Source of the DNA: a virus
DNA length: 64,000 bases
Direction: 5' to 3' (one strand)
IMG/VR virus record: IMGVR_UViG_3300014208_000003
Coordinates: 32,001 to 96,000 of that record
Part shown: positions 10,986 through 20,657 of the stretch, one piece after another
How positions within the stretch are numbered: position 1 is the first letter of the stretch
Layout of the letters: each line of letters begins with the position of its first letter
Translations under genes and position numbers: made by a program
Notes under the pieces: generated by a model
What the model saw: the letters and a program-made list of their open reading frames with translations, nothing else
Databases searched by the model: none
What the model was told of the DNA's origin: nothing

Positions 10986-11582
10986 ATGGTAGAGGAAAAA
11001 ATCAACATTGTGCAGATTGGAGCTAATACGGGCGATGATGATGTTTTTTCTTTTATCATCGAACATAAAAATAACATATCAAAAATTGTATTAGTAGAAC
11101 CTATACCTTTTATTATTGAAAATTTGAAAAATAAATATAGTGATATTTCAAATGTCATTATAGAAAAATGTGCTATAACTAATACAACGGAAGAAACATT
11201 ACCATTTTTTTATGAAGATAATAGTGATAATTATCAAGTTAGTTCTTTTAATCACCAGCATGTAATTAAAAGTGTAAGATCTAATAATAAAATAGTTTCT
11301 ATGAATGTACCTGTGATGACAATAAATAAATTATTTGAAAAACATAAGATGCAACATATACATCATTTATTTATTGATACAGAAGGAAAGGATGCTGATA
11401 TAATAGAAAGTATTGATTTTGATAAATACGATATTGATAATATAACATTTGAATCCGCACATACAGATGGTAATTGGAATAAATCTGAAAGGTATAATAA
11501 TCTCGTTACGTTTTTAAAAGATAAACATTATGATGTTCAAGATATTGATCAATTAAACTCAAAGGCAATTAAAAGACTATGA
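10986..11582 (+). CDS. FkbM-family methyltransferase
   Basis: VQIGANTG, VLVEP, LFIDTEGKD. Confidence 0.8.
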   Translation: MVEEKINIVQIGANTGDDDVFSFIIEHKNNISKIVLVEPIPFIIENLKNKYSDISNVIIEKCAITNTTEETLPFFYEDNSDNYQVSSFNHQHVIKSVRSNNKIVSMNVPVMTINKLFEKHKMQHIHHLFIDTEGKDADIIESIDFDKYDIDNITFESAHTDGNWNKSERYNNLVTFLKDKHYDVQDIDQLNSKAIKRL

Positions 11583-12565
11583 AAATTTTAATAACGGGTG
11601 TAGCTGGTTTACTGGGTTCAAACTATGCAAAATATTTATGTGATAAGGGTTATGATGTTATTGGTATAGATAATTTATTTGGTGGTTATATAGATTTTGT
11701 TGATGATAGAGTTAATTTATATCAACAGGATATAACCAATTTTAATATGATAGATGAAATTTTTAGAGTTCAAAAGCCCGATTGTGTTTATCATTTTGCT
11801 GCTTATGCTGCTGAAGGTTTATCGCATTATATTAGAAATTTTAATTATACAAACAATGTAGTAGGATCAATGAATATTATTAATGCTTGTATAAATCACA
11901 ATGTTAAGAAACTTATATTTACATCTTCAATGGCAGTATATGGAGAAAACGAAACACCGTTTAATGAAATGATGCAACCAAAACCAGAAGATCCTTATGG
12001 TATAGCAAAATATACTGTAGAGCAAGATTTACAGGTAGCATCAAAACATTTTGGTTTAAACTATTCTATTGTCAGACCGCATAATGTAGTTGGTATAAAT
12101 CAAAATATTTGGGACAGGTATAGAAATGTGATTGGTATATGGATCTATAGAGTGATAACAAATCAACCAATATTAGTTTATGGTGACGGATTACAGACAA
12201 GAGCATTCTCCGATATTGAATTTTACATGAAACCTCTTGAACAATTATTAACAGAAGGCGATAAAGAAATATTTAATCTTGGTTCGGATCAGTTTTATAA
12301 GTTAATAGATGTTGCTGAAATGATTAAGAAGATTGGTTCAAGAAAAGGTTATAATCCAGAAATATTATTTAAAGAACAGAGAAATGAAGTAAAGAATGCG
12401 TATTGTAATCATGATAAGGCTAAGAACATATTGAACTTTGTTGATAATACAAATCTTGAACACACCATAGAAAAGTTATTCGGTTGGGCTAAAGAACAAC
12501 CAATACGAGAAAATAAAACAATGAAATACGAAGTTACCAAAAACATTTATACGTATTGGAAATAA
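11579..12565 (+). CDS. NAD-dependent nucleotide-sugar epimerase/dehydratase
   Basis: ITGVAGLLGS, TSSMAVYG, YGIAK, GDGLQTRAF. Confidence 0.9.
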   Translation: MKILITGVAGLLGSNYAKYLCDKGYDVIGIDNLFGGYIDFVDDRVNLYQQDITNFNMIDEIFRVQKPDCVYHFAAYAAEGLSHYIRNFNYTNNVVGSMNIINACINHNVKKLIFTSSMAVYGENETPFNEMMQPKPEDPYGIAKYTVEQDLQVASKHFGLNYSIVRPHNVVGINQNIWDRYRNVIGIWIYRVITNQPILVYGDGLQTRAFSDIEFYMKPLEQLLTEGDKEIFNLGSDQFYKLIDVAEMIKKIGSRKGYNPEILFKEQRNEVKNAYCNHDKAKNILNFVDNTNLEHTIEKLFGWAKEQPIRENKTMKYEVTKNIYTYWK

Positions 12566-12566
12566 C

Positions 12567-13217
12567 GTGGATTTATCGAACATTGATTTGATAATTATAG
12601 AAGGTTCAGATAATCAGAGTAATGTAGAATTAGCACAAAAAACATTATTAGTATCTAGTAAACATATAAATTTTGCATCTATAAAACTGATAGCACCTAT
12701 ATCACCGATTATTCTTCATCCTTCTGTGCAGTATCAAAATATAAAAAGATTATCGTGGCAAGAATACAATTGGTTTGTTACGTTCGGTCTAAAGAATTTT
12801 GTTAGTTCTGATTTTTGTATACTAACACAAACAGATGGTTTTATTACTAATCCTAGCGCGTGGAATATTGATTTTTTGAATTATGATTATATAGGCGCTT
12901 GCTGGAGGTGGAACGATTCAAATCATTTTCCACAATCAGAAAAAAATCAAACACCATATGAAGAAAGTAATTTTGTTGGCAATGGAGGTTTTACATTACG
13001 TTCCAAAAAATTCTTAGAAGAGACAGCTAAATTACCGATGTATGAATCAGGCCCTGAAGATGGATGGCACTGTAAAATAAATTATAAACGAATGAAAGCA
13101 TCCGGAATAAAATTCGCACCACCTAATATTGCAGAACAATTTTCAACAGATCCACCAAATAATAAAAGTTTTGGTTTTCATGGCGACAAAGGAAAGATTC
13201 ATGCATATAATTTATAG
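12567..13217 (+). CDS. DUF5672-like putative glycosyltransferase
   Basis: QTDGFI, YDYIGA.W, VGNGGFTLRS, PED, FGFHG. Confidence 0.75.
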   Translation: MDLSNIDLIIIEGSDNQSNVELAQKTLLVSSKHINFASIKLIAPISPIILHPSVQYQNIKRLSWQEYNWFVTFGLKNFVSSDFCILTQTDGFITNPSAWNIDFLNYDYIGACWRWNDSNHFPQSEKNQTPYEESNFVGNGGFTLRSKKFLEETAKLPMYESGPEDGWHCKINYKRMKASGIKFAPPNIAEQFSTDPPNNKSFGFHGDKGKIHAYNL

Positions 13218-13884
13218 AGCTACCAACATAGAAACCACACCAGAAACATATAGAAGTTTTCGTCCAAAATGGTTTGATAAAAGAAAATGTTTCAAATCAC
13301 TTGTGGATAATGTTTCCGAGAATGATAATGTAATAGTTTTATTTGACGGAGAACAAGGAATATTATCGGATTATATAAAAACATTTAAAAACATATCGTT
13401 TATAAATATAGATGTTCGTTCTAATGTTAAAAGTCTTTTGGCTTGTTACGATTTAATAAATACTCTTCCGGAAGATTCTGTATACTTTTTAGAGGATGAT
13501 TATTTACATACATCTAATAGTTTAAATGTTTTAAAAGAAGGTATCGAAAAATTTAAGTTGGTTACTCTTTATGATCACAATGATAGATATACTGGAAATG
13601 ATGATATTACTTCTGGAAAAGATTTTATTCAAATAACAAAATCGTGTCATTGGAGAACAGCAGAATCGACTACTTGTACATGGGCTTGTTCCAAAGACAT
13701 ATTAAAAAAAATTGTGGAAATAGCTAAACAATATAAGTTAGAAGATCGCGCATTATTCAGATATTTATATACAATGAACATTAGACTCTGGACACCTATT
13801 ATCGGAAAATCTACTCATGTTTGTGATGGATATATGTCACCTTTTACTGATTGGAAAACTATTAATGAAAGCGTTGTACTATGA
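13201..13884 (+). CDS. GT-A fold glycosyltransferase
   Basis: VYFLEDDYLH, TLYDH.DRY, HWRT..STT; ATG at 13201 preferred. Confidence 0.65.
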   Translation: MHIIYRATNIETTPETYRSFRPKWFDKRKCFKSLVDNVSENDNVIVLFDGEQGILSDYIKTFKNISFINIDVRSNVKSLLACYDLINTLPEDSVYFLEDDYLHTSNSLNVLKEGIEKFKLVTLYDHNDRYTGNDDITSGKDFIQITKSCHWRTAESTTCTWACSKDILKKIVEIAKQYKLEDRALFRYLYTMNIRLWTPIIGKSTHVCDGYMSPFTDWKTINESVVL

Positions 13885-14492
13885 CTTTATTAGAACTTGC
13901 TGATAAATATTTAACGGATAAAGGTTCTTATTTTTTCGATCATAAAAATCAAGTTGGTCATAATTACGCAACTTTATATGATACGTTTTTTAGTTCATTA
14001 AGAAGCGAACCTATATCTTTATTTGAAATAGGTATAGCAAAGGGTTCATCTCTTTTAATGTGGTCTGAATATTTTCCTTATGCTAAAATAATTGGATTAG
14101 ATATTGATACAACACTAATCGATAAATCCCGTCCACTTGGTGTTGAAGGTGGTGGATGGGAAGGAAGAAACAATATAACAATTAAACAAGGTAGCCAAGC
14201 AGATCCGGAATGCCTTAATAAAATAGTTTCTGAAAATGGTTTGTTTGATATTATTATTGACGACGGAAGCCACAAAACAGAACACCAATTATTTTCTTTC
14301 AAACATCTTTATAATGCAGTTAAAGAAAATGGTTACTATATAATTGAAGATATACATTGTGATAAATCCGAAGGTTCTTTTTATAATACAATTTCTAAAA
14401 ATATGCTTCAAGATACTTTCAATATAAAATTTTCGTGGTGTGGTTTGTTCTATACGAATCCTAATAGTTTAACTTGTATAATAAAGAGGTAA
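13881..14492 (+). CDS. Sugar O-methyltransferase (class I SAM)
   Basis: TDKG...HNY..LY, LFEIGIAKGSSL.MW, FDIIIDDGSH, YIIEDI. Confidence 0.8.
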   Translation: MTLLELADKYLTDKGSYFFDHKNQVGHNYATLYDTFFSSLRSEPISLFEIGIAKGSSLLMWSEYFPYAKIIGLDIDTTLIDKSRPLGVEGGGWEGRNNITIKQGSQADPECLNKIVSENGLFDIIIDDGSHKTEHQLFSFKHLYNAVKENGYYIIEDIHCDKSEGSFYNTISKNMLQDTFNIKFSWCGLFYTNPNSLTCIIKR

Positions 14493-14494
14493 TA

Positions 14495-15082
14495 ATGTAC
14501 AGCCAAAATAACGAAGAAGAAATATTATTAGCAAATCTTCCGGAGAATGGTTTCCTATTAGACTTTGGAGCATATGACGGTAAAACATTCTCAAACTCTT
14601 TACGATTAATAGAACTAGGATGGTCAGGAGTGTTAATAGAAGCTTCTCCAATCAACTTTAAATCAGTAATGGAGCTACACAAAGGAAAAACCAATCTAAC
14701 CCTTATAAATGCTCCTGTAACTGTTTCCGGAGGTCTTGTTAAATTTTATGATTCTATTGGTGATGGAATTTCTACTACGAATAAAGATCATAAAGAAAAA
14801 TGGGAAACTAATAATTCCGTACACTATCAGGAAATATATTTATCGTCAATCACTCTGGAACAAGTTTTCGGAATCCATAATAAGAATTTTGACTTTGTGA
14901 ATATTGATGTGGAAGGGGAAAATTTAGAATTATTAAAAACCTTTCCTTTCGATAAGTGTATGCCAAAAGTGATTTGTATTGAACATGATAATAATGAAAA
15001 TAAAATAATGGAAATAGTTTCTGAATATGGCTTCGGAATAATCCATAAAAATAATGAGAATATAATTTTGAAAAGGAGTTGA
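14495..15082 (+). CDS. FkbM-family methyltransferase
   Basis: MYSQNNEE, LDFGAYDG..FSNS, GWSGVLIEA, NIDVEG. Confidence 0.8.
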   Translation: MYSQNNEEEILLANLPENGFLLDFGAYDGKTFSNSLRLIELGWSGVLIEASPINFKSVMELHKGKTNLTLINAPVTVSGGLVKFYDSIGDGISTTNKDHKEKWETNNSVHYQEIYLSSITLEQVFGIHNKNFDFVNIDVEGENLELLKTFPFDKCMPKVICIEHDNNENKIMEIVSEYGFGIIHKNNENIILKRS

Positions 15083-15086
15083 TTTC

Positions 15087-15192
15087 TATAGATCCTAAAT
15101 AATTGTGTAGATAGGGACAGGAATTGCAATTCTTTCTTAGTAGCCTTGAATACTGAGATTACCTTCTACACAACTTTATTCAAGGATCTATA
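15087..15192 (+). promoter_or_regulatory. Late promoter with RBS-sequestering RNA structure upstream of homing endonuclease
   Basis: CTAAATA 15095-15101; TATAGATCCT/AGGATCTATA, TTGTGTAGA/TCTACACAA and CCTTGAATA/TATTCAAGG complementary pairs. Confidence 0.6.
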
Positions 15193-16014
15193 ATGGAAAA
15201 TCGAGAAAATTTAGAACAGAACGAATTTTATGTTTATGTATACCTTGACCCTAGAAAACCCGGATTATATAAATATATGAATACAGAAATATCCGGAACA
15301 TATAATTCAGAAACAATTCCGGAATTTTGCTTTGAATATTTGCCGTTTTATATCGGTAAGGGCCACGGAGATAGATTAAGATCACACTTACATCAAAATA
15401 AAACCAGTGTAAGAAAAGAAAATATTTTCAAATCTAATAAAATAAAATCAATAATGGAAGAAACTAATTCTGAACCTATTATAATAAAATATAAAGAAGG
15501 ATTGTCGGAAGTTGAAGCATATGATTTGGAAACTACTATGATTTTATCTATAGGAAGGAAATATACAAATCCAAGCGGCCCGTTAACAAATATAGCGGAT
15601 GGTGGTGCTAATCCTCCTAAGTGGAATAAAGGTAAAACGGGTGTGTATTCTCCGGAACTTATCAAACAAATTTCGGATAAACTTAAAGGTCGTAAATTTT
15701 CGGAGGAAACATTACAGAGGATGAACGAAGCAGCAAAAAGAAGACAAGAAAAATATACACACGAAGATTATAAAAGATGGAATTTAAAAAAATTAAAAAA
15801 ATATAAATTTGAAAAAGATGGAAAAATAATAATAATTGAAAATTTAAAACAATATTGTAAAGATAATAATTTATCACATACTGTTATGGTGAAAATATTT
15901 AATCGTGGTGTTTATAGAATTTCTAAAACTATAAACGGAATTATTGAAATACACGAATGCGAATCGTATAAAGGTTACATACAAATTAAAAATGAGGAAC
16001 AATATGACAGTTAA
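15193..16014 (+). mobile_element. Free-standing GIY-YIG homing endonuclease with NUMOD3-like repeats
   Basis: YVYVYLDPRK...FYIGKG..R..SH, LTNIADGG, WNKGKTG..S.E, KGRKFSEET. Confidence 0.75.
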
Positions 16015-17008
16015 AACAAAAACAGCACTCGTAACCGGAGCGGGTGGATTTATCGGGAGTAACACGGTTAAAAGACTTAAGAAAATGGGATATTGGGTAC
16101 GAGGAGTTGATTTAAAATATCCAGAATTCGAACAAACAGAGGCAGATGATTTTATTATAATGGATTTACGAGATGATAAAAATGTTATAAGAGCATTGAC
16201 GCTTGATAATCTTAACGAGAAGTTTGAATTGACTTTCTGCTATGCCGCAGATATGGGCGGGGCGAAATATATTTTTTCTGGGGAACACGATGCTGATGTT
16301 ATGGAAAATTCTGCTCAGATAAATCTTAACTTTGCGAGACACCATGATAAAATAAATAAAATGTTGTGGAGTAGTTCGGCTTGTATATATCCTCTCGTTA
16401 ACCAAATGGATCCCAATAATCCAAGCTGTGCTGAAGATACTTGGGATAAGGGCGCTTGCGATTCCCCGTATGGTCACGAGAAGGTTTTTAGCGAACAGTT
16501 GTATCAATCATACAGAAGAAATTACGGTCTTAATGTAAAGATAGTTAGATTCCATAATGTATTCGGAACAAACGGTACTTATGAACCACTGAAATCCAAA
16601 GCACCAGCAGCGACTTGCGTAAAGGTAATAGAAGCTCCGGAAAATGGTGAGATAGAAGTGTGGGGAACTGGGGAACAAACTCGTTCATTCATAAATATTT
16701 CCGATGCGCTCGATGGTGTTTTTAAATTGTTAGACTCAGAAGATTTTCACGGCCCTGTCAATATAGGTTCCGAAGAGATGATTTCGATAAATGATTTAAC
16801 AAAGATGGTGATAGATATTTCCGGAAGAACCGATTTGACTATTAAGAATGTAGAATCAAATTGTATTGGTGTTAACGGAAGAAATTCAGAAAATACCCTT
16901 TGTAGAGAAAAACTAAAATGGGAACCTAAAATGTCTTTAAGAGAAGGTATGGAAAAATTATATGCTTGGATCTACAAAGAAATTAAAGGTGTAGAGTTTA
17001 AAAAGTAA
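16004..17008 (+). CDS. GDP-mannose 3,5-epimerase-like NAD-dependent epimerase
   Basis: LVTGAGGFIGS, AADMGGA.YI, SSSACIYP, YGHEK, RFHNVFG, KAPAA.C.KV; GAGG before ATG 16004. Confidence 0.85.
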   Translation: MTVKTKTALVTGAGGFIGSNTVKRLKKMGYWVRGVDLKYPEFEQTEADDFIIMDLRDDKNVIRALTLDNLNEKFELTFCYAADMGGAKYIFSGEHDADVMENSAQINLNFARHHDKINKMLWSSSACIYPLVNQMDPNNPSCAEDTWDKGACDSPYGHEKVFSEQLYQSYRRNYGLNVKIVRFHNVFGTNGTYEPLKSKAPAATCVKVIEAPENGEIEVWGTGEQTRSFINISDALDGVFKLLDSEDFHGPVNIGSEEMISINDLTKMVIDISGRTDLTIKNVESNCIGVNGRNSENTLCREKLKWEPKMSLREGMEKLYAWIYKEIKGVEFKK

Positions 17009-17532
17009 TGCAAGATCACAAATGGTTTGATTATCGTCGGCAGAAGTTCCAGATATATTGTTCCGGAATTTCTGTCGATGATTTTATTAGAGTATATTCT
17101 GTATGGCGTGAGAGATATTATAATCCAGAAAAAATAACCCGATATGCCGACATGGTTTGGAATATATCTGTCAAAACTAATGAAGAAGCAAATAAGATAA
17201 GTTCTATAGATAAAGATATTAAAGTTCTTGTTACCGATAATGAATTTCCTATGGTAGAGTTATTCAAGACCTTTCCGATATTATTTCACCAGTATATTCA
17301 TGTGTTAATGTTCAAGCCAATAGAGCCTCCTAAATACTGGAATAAAATTTTGATGGAGTTGTACCTTACTAAACAAATAAACAAATTCCTACGCTATATT
17401 AGACCTCTTCCTGTTGATTTTGTAGTGTGTACCGGAAAGCAGATTAAACAGCATCCTAGAATATTGAAAAGAGTATGGGACGGAAAGATCAAGGATATGT
17501 TTTCCGCAAATGCTTTTAAGAAGATGATTTAA
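17008..17532 (+). CDS. Hypothetical protein
   Basis: 174-aa ORF translationally coupled to the epimerase. Confidence 0.6.
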   Translation: MQDHKWFDYRRQKFQIYCSGISVDDFIRVYSVWRERYYNPEKITRYADMVWNISVKTNEEANKISSIDKDIKVLVTDNEFPMVELFKTFPILFHQYIHVLMFKPIEPPKYWNKILMELYLTKQINKFLRYIRPLPVDFVVCTGKQIKQHPRILKRVWDGKIKDMFSANAFKKMI

Positions 17533-17572
17533 TTCTCTTGTTCCGGAAAATGTTTTGATTATATTCTATTAA

Positions 17573-17644
17573 AGAGGTAAGGAAAGTAAAAGGAGCATGG
17601 GAAAGAATGGTTCGAAACATTCATAAGATACCGCACCTGCCTCT
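17573..17644 (+). ncRNA. Possible small structured RNA / tRNA leader with T-loop hairpin
   Basis: AGAGGTAAGG pairs with CCTGCCTCT; inner GAATG-GTTCGAAA-CATTC; follows TTGTTC-N16-TATATT. Confidence 0.3.
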
Positions 17645-17650
17645 CTTTCC

Positions 17651-17724
17651 GCTCCTGTAGCACAATTGGCAGATGCAGAAAACTTAAAATTTTCAAAGTA
17701 GTGGTTCGAATCCACTCAGGAGCA
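17651..17724 (+). tRNA. tRNA-Leu (TAA), short variable loop
   Basis: GCTCCTG/CAGGAGC acceptor, GAAAA-CTTAAAA-TTTTC anticodon arm, AGTGG-TTCGAAT-CCACT. Confidence 0.88.
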
Positions 17725-17746
17725 TATTTCAAATAAAGGAACGATA

Positions 17747-18172
17747 ATGGAACTGACACTAATTCGTGGTTGTCCAGGCGCGGGAAAATCAACGTTAGCC
17801 AAAAAATTAATGAATAATAACTCTGCACATTATGAAGCTGATATGTTCTGGAAATTATTTGATGGTACTTATAGATTTGATTTTAAAAAGTTAACCTATG
17901 CCCATCAATGGTGTTTATCTAATGTAGCAGCAGAGTTTGAAAGTCAGGATGTTGCTAAAGTAATTGTTTCGAACACTTTCACGACCACTTCTGAAATAAT
18001 GCCATATATAACATTAGCGGAAGTATATAAGGTTCCTGTTAAAATCATTAATGTTAGAACTCAATTCAAATCTGTTCATGATGTTCCGGAAGCTACAATA
18101 GAAAAGATGAAGAATAGGTGGCAAGAGATTCCGGATAATTGGAACTGTGTTGTAGAAAATATTTTAAACTAA
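17747..18172 (+). CDS. P-loop kinase (AAA_33 / polynucleotide kinase-like)
   Basis: LIRGCPGAGKSTLA, EADMF, AHQWC, VSNTF, SVHDVP. Confidence 0.8.
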   Translation: MELTLIRGCPGAGKSTLAKKLMNNNSAHYEADMFWKLFDGTYRFDFKKLTYAHQWCLSNVAAEFESQDVAKVIVSNTFTTTSEIMPYITLAEVYKVPVKIINVRTQFKSVHDVPEATIEKMKNRWQEIPDNWNCVVENILN

Positions 18173-18222
18173 ATTCATTTTTCTTTTGGATCCTGAACTT
18201 TCGTGTGTTATATTTTAAAAGA
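18171..18222 (+). promoter_or_regulatory. Repeated early promoter TTGGAT-N17-TATATT
   Basis: Near-identical copies at ~22608 and ~24314, related copies on minus strand. Confidence 0.7.
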
Positions 18223-18469
18223 AGGTTCGAAACATAACAAGAAAAGGAACACTGCTATGAAAGACTTACAACTTACTCCAATCATTGCAAAAATATTTAT
18301 AGCCTTTCCTCTATACCTTTATTTTCTATCGTCTTGGTTAGGAATTAATTGGTTAAATCTTAAATTTGTATTGTTAACAGTTTTCATTTCGTTTGGTGTT
18401 AAATTCAAATACTCAGGAATTCTTTTCGGAACTGTTTTCGTATATCTCTTTTTAACAGGGAAGCTATGA
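18203..18469 (+). CDS. Small membrane protein (start probably ~18257)
   Basis: Hydrophobic segments; AAGGA before MKDLQ. Confidence 0.5.
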   Translation: MCYILKEGSKHNKKRNTAMKDLQLTPIIAKIFIAFPLYLYFLSSWLGINWLNLKFVLLTVFISFGVKFKYSGILFGTVFVYLFLTGKL

Positions 18470-18750
18470 AATTATTTTTGGATGATGTGAGAGAATGTCC
18501 CGACGATTATATTCATGTTAAAACCGTTTTCGAGTTAATTGGCTATCTTAAATACTACCAAGAGATCATAACGGATATATCTCTTGACCATGATTTAGGA
18601 ATAGGGCAATTAACAGGATATGATTTTTGTAAATGGTTTGAAAGAGAATTCTGGAAACAAAAACTACCAATCAATTTCACGATACATTCTCAAAATCCGG
18701 TTGGTGCAGGAAATATGAAGAGAGTACTAAAAATAATGGGATATGTGTGA
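18466..18750 (+). CDS. Cyclic-phosphate-processing receiver-domain protein
   Basis: KLFLDDVR.CP, ISLDHDLG, TGYDF..W, IHSQNPVG. Confidence 0.75.
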   Translation: MKLFLDDVRECPDDYIHVKTVFELIGYLKYYQEIITDISLDHDLGIGQLTGYDFCKWFEREFWKQKLPINFTIHSQNPVGAGNMKRVLKIMGYV

Positions 18751-19274
18751 AAAAGAAAATTGATATCAAAAAAATAATCGAAAACAACATCTTCAAAGAC
18801 ATGATTGAAAAAAGTTATGCGGAATCTGTTATGTGGCGAGTGAAATATAAAATGAATCCACAAACAGGCTTTCCAGTAAAAAACAGACAACACATGGAAG
18901 AGCTATTGAAAGAACAGAACCTTAATTATTCCAAAGAATTTCTGGATAAGGTATTTGAAGAACCCGTAGATAATATTCAAGAAGTTCCTGAAGAGAAATC
19001 ACCAAGAGGCAGAAAGAGTAAAGGACAGGCAACTAGATTTGAATTAACAGGAAATTACAAACAAGATATAAAAGCAATTAAAGAAATAATTATAAAAGAA
19101 ACTAATCGTGAATGGAACTCCGGAAGATTGAAAATAGAATTTGTTCCGACCAAAATTAGAACAGGTGGACAGGGAGTTAAGGCAATATGTTCTAATGGTC
19201 AGACACTAGTAAATATAGGAAACATTTTCAATACCGGTTCTCTTATAAAATGGATTAAGGAAAATGGACGATGA
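18747..19274 (+). CDS. Hypothetical protein
   Basis: 175-aa coupled ORF. Confidence 0.55.
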   Translation: MKKKIDIKKIIENNIFKDMIEKSYAESVMWRVKYKMNPQTGFPVKNRQHMEELLKEQNLNYSKEFLDKVFEEPVDNIQEVPEEKSPRGRKSKGQATRFELTGNYKQDIKAIKEIIIKETNREWNSGRLKIEFVPTKIRTGGQGVKAICSNGQTLVNIGNIFNTGSLIKWIKENGR

Positions 19275-19429
19275 AAAGATTTGAAGATGAAAGGGATTAT
19301 GCTGTTCCGAAAATGACTATGAGATCAGGTAAAGGCGCACATGTTCCAAAACTTCACAGAGAAAAGTTTAAGAAGTTTATAAAAGAAGCGGATTTAGAAG
19401 AGGATGATTTTGAAGATTGGGAGGAGTAA
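19271..19429 (+). CDS. Small protein with acidic tail (52 aa, not in ORF track)
   Basis: ATGA overlap with previous gene; MKRFEDERD...EEDDFEDWEE. Confidence 0.5.
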   Translation: MKRFEDERDYAVPKMTMRSGKGAHVPKLHREKFKKFIKEADLEEDDFEDWEE

Positions 19430-19806
19430 TTGGTTTCTACTTTCATTCCTTCAAACATCATTACAATAAAATTTTCTAAACAAGCCAGATATAATTTTTG
19501 GTTCATGAATTTTAGCAATAATAGATTTTCCGGAAGAGAGATCCCACAAGAGCAATAGATTTCAGACATAACCTATTAAAAAAGACTGCGAAGAAAACAG
19601 ACTGGAATAATTATAATAAGGCATGGAAACAATTAAAAGATGATTGGTTTTATGCTTATCCTTTTCATAGGTATCATATTAACAAAGAAAAATTAAGAAT
19701 CAACTTTACACTAGAAATTGATAAAAGCTTCTATACTATCGAACAACCATTAGAAAAATTCATAACCATAAACCACTTAGATATAGCAAGGAATATTCTA
19801 CAATGA
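19430..19806 (+). pseudogene. Frameshifted hypothetical gene
   Basis: TTG-start frame stops at ~19558; the -1 frame is open from ~19524 to 19806; junction at AGATTTTCCGGAA. Confidence 0.35.
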
Positions 19807-20036
19807 ACTGGCACACACCTAAAGAAAAAATGCCTCAAACCAGAATAGAAGTTTTAGTTGTTTCAGAACTTGACGTTTATTATATTGCAAAACGTTATAA
19901 TAATAGTTATTTTAAAACTCGTGAAGACAGTATAGTTCCGATCAAATATTGGTGCTATCTTCCGAAAATATCTTCAAAGAAAAATAATTGTAGAAAGAGG
20001 AAAAAATGTTTAGACCCGAAGAAGAAAGAATCATAA
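19803..20036 (+). CDS. DUF551-like small phage protein
   Basis: MNW...EKMP...EVLV...IKYWCYLP. Confidence 0.55.
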   Translation: MNWHTPKEKMPQTRIEVLVVSELDVYYIAKRYNNSYFKTREDSIVPIKYWCYLPKISSKKNNCRKRKKCLDPKKKES

Positions 20037-20368
20037 ACAAATACAAATTCTTCCATCCAGAAAAACCATTATCAGAATCTTTAATGGCATTTGGTTTTGC
20101 TTGTGATGAAGGATGGTTCGGAATTATTGAAAACATGTGCGAGAAATTATCCAAGATAGTTCCGGAAGATTTTGAGATATTACAGGTGAAACAAAAATTT
20201 GCTACTTTGCGCGTATATCCAAATATTTTCAGAGATGACATTGAAGCTATTATAAACGAAGCAGAAACAGAATCCGAGACTACTTGTGAAATATGCGGTT
20301 CCAAAGAAGGCAAGCTAGATAATACTGGTGGTTGGTGGAAAACTGTTTGTACTAACTGTGAGAAATAA
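20006..20368 (+). CDS. Conserved phage protein with C-terminal zinc ribbon
   Basis: CDEGWFGII, QVKQKFATLRVY, TCEICG...TVC..C. Confidence 0.6.
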   Translation: MFRPEEERIINKYKFFHPEKPLSESLMAFGFACDEGWFGIIENMCEKLSKIVPEDFEILQVKQKFATLRVYPNIFRDDIEAIINEAETESETTCEICGSKEGKLDNTGGWWKTVCTNCEK

Positions 20369-20370
20369 TT

Positions 20371-20655
20371 ATGAAATACCGTTTACGAGAAACAGTTGTT
20401 ATAAAAAAATATAAAAAGGGTAAGGAAGATGGTTTCTCTTGCATGCCCTTTAGAAATTTATGTGAATACAAAAATAAATATGGATATTTTAAAGACTGTA
20501 TGAATTGTCCGATACATACAGACAAAAAACCGTTCATATATCTTCTTAATAAGCAATATATTAATAATGGCGATTACATAATTTATTACGAAAATGGCGA
20601 TAGAGAAATTATTGATAAACACACCTTCCGAAAAAAATATATAAAGGTTAAATAA
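20371..20655 (+). CDS. Hypothetical protein
   Basis: 94-aa ORF in operon. Confidence 0.5.
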   Translation: MKYRLRETVVIKKYKKGKEDGFSCMPFRNLCEYKNKYGYFKDCMNCPIHTDKKPFIYLLNKQYINNGDYIIYYENGDREIIDKHTFRKKYIKVK

Positions 20656-20657
20656 TT

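Noticed and set aside
15193-16014. Group I intron around the GIY-YIG gene
   Set aside because: Flanking genes are complete and different, and there is no room for an intron core.
5325-17008. Bacterial LPS/capsule locus (cellular contamination)
   Set aside because: No transport or polymerase genes; contiguous with phage genes and shares the phage promoters and TCCGGA signature.
17651-17724. Ochre suppressor tRNA
   Set aside because: The 7-nt loop CTTAAAA places TAA at positions 34-36 (reads UUA, Leu), not TTA.
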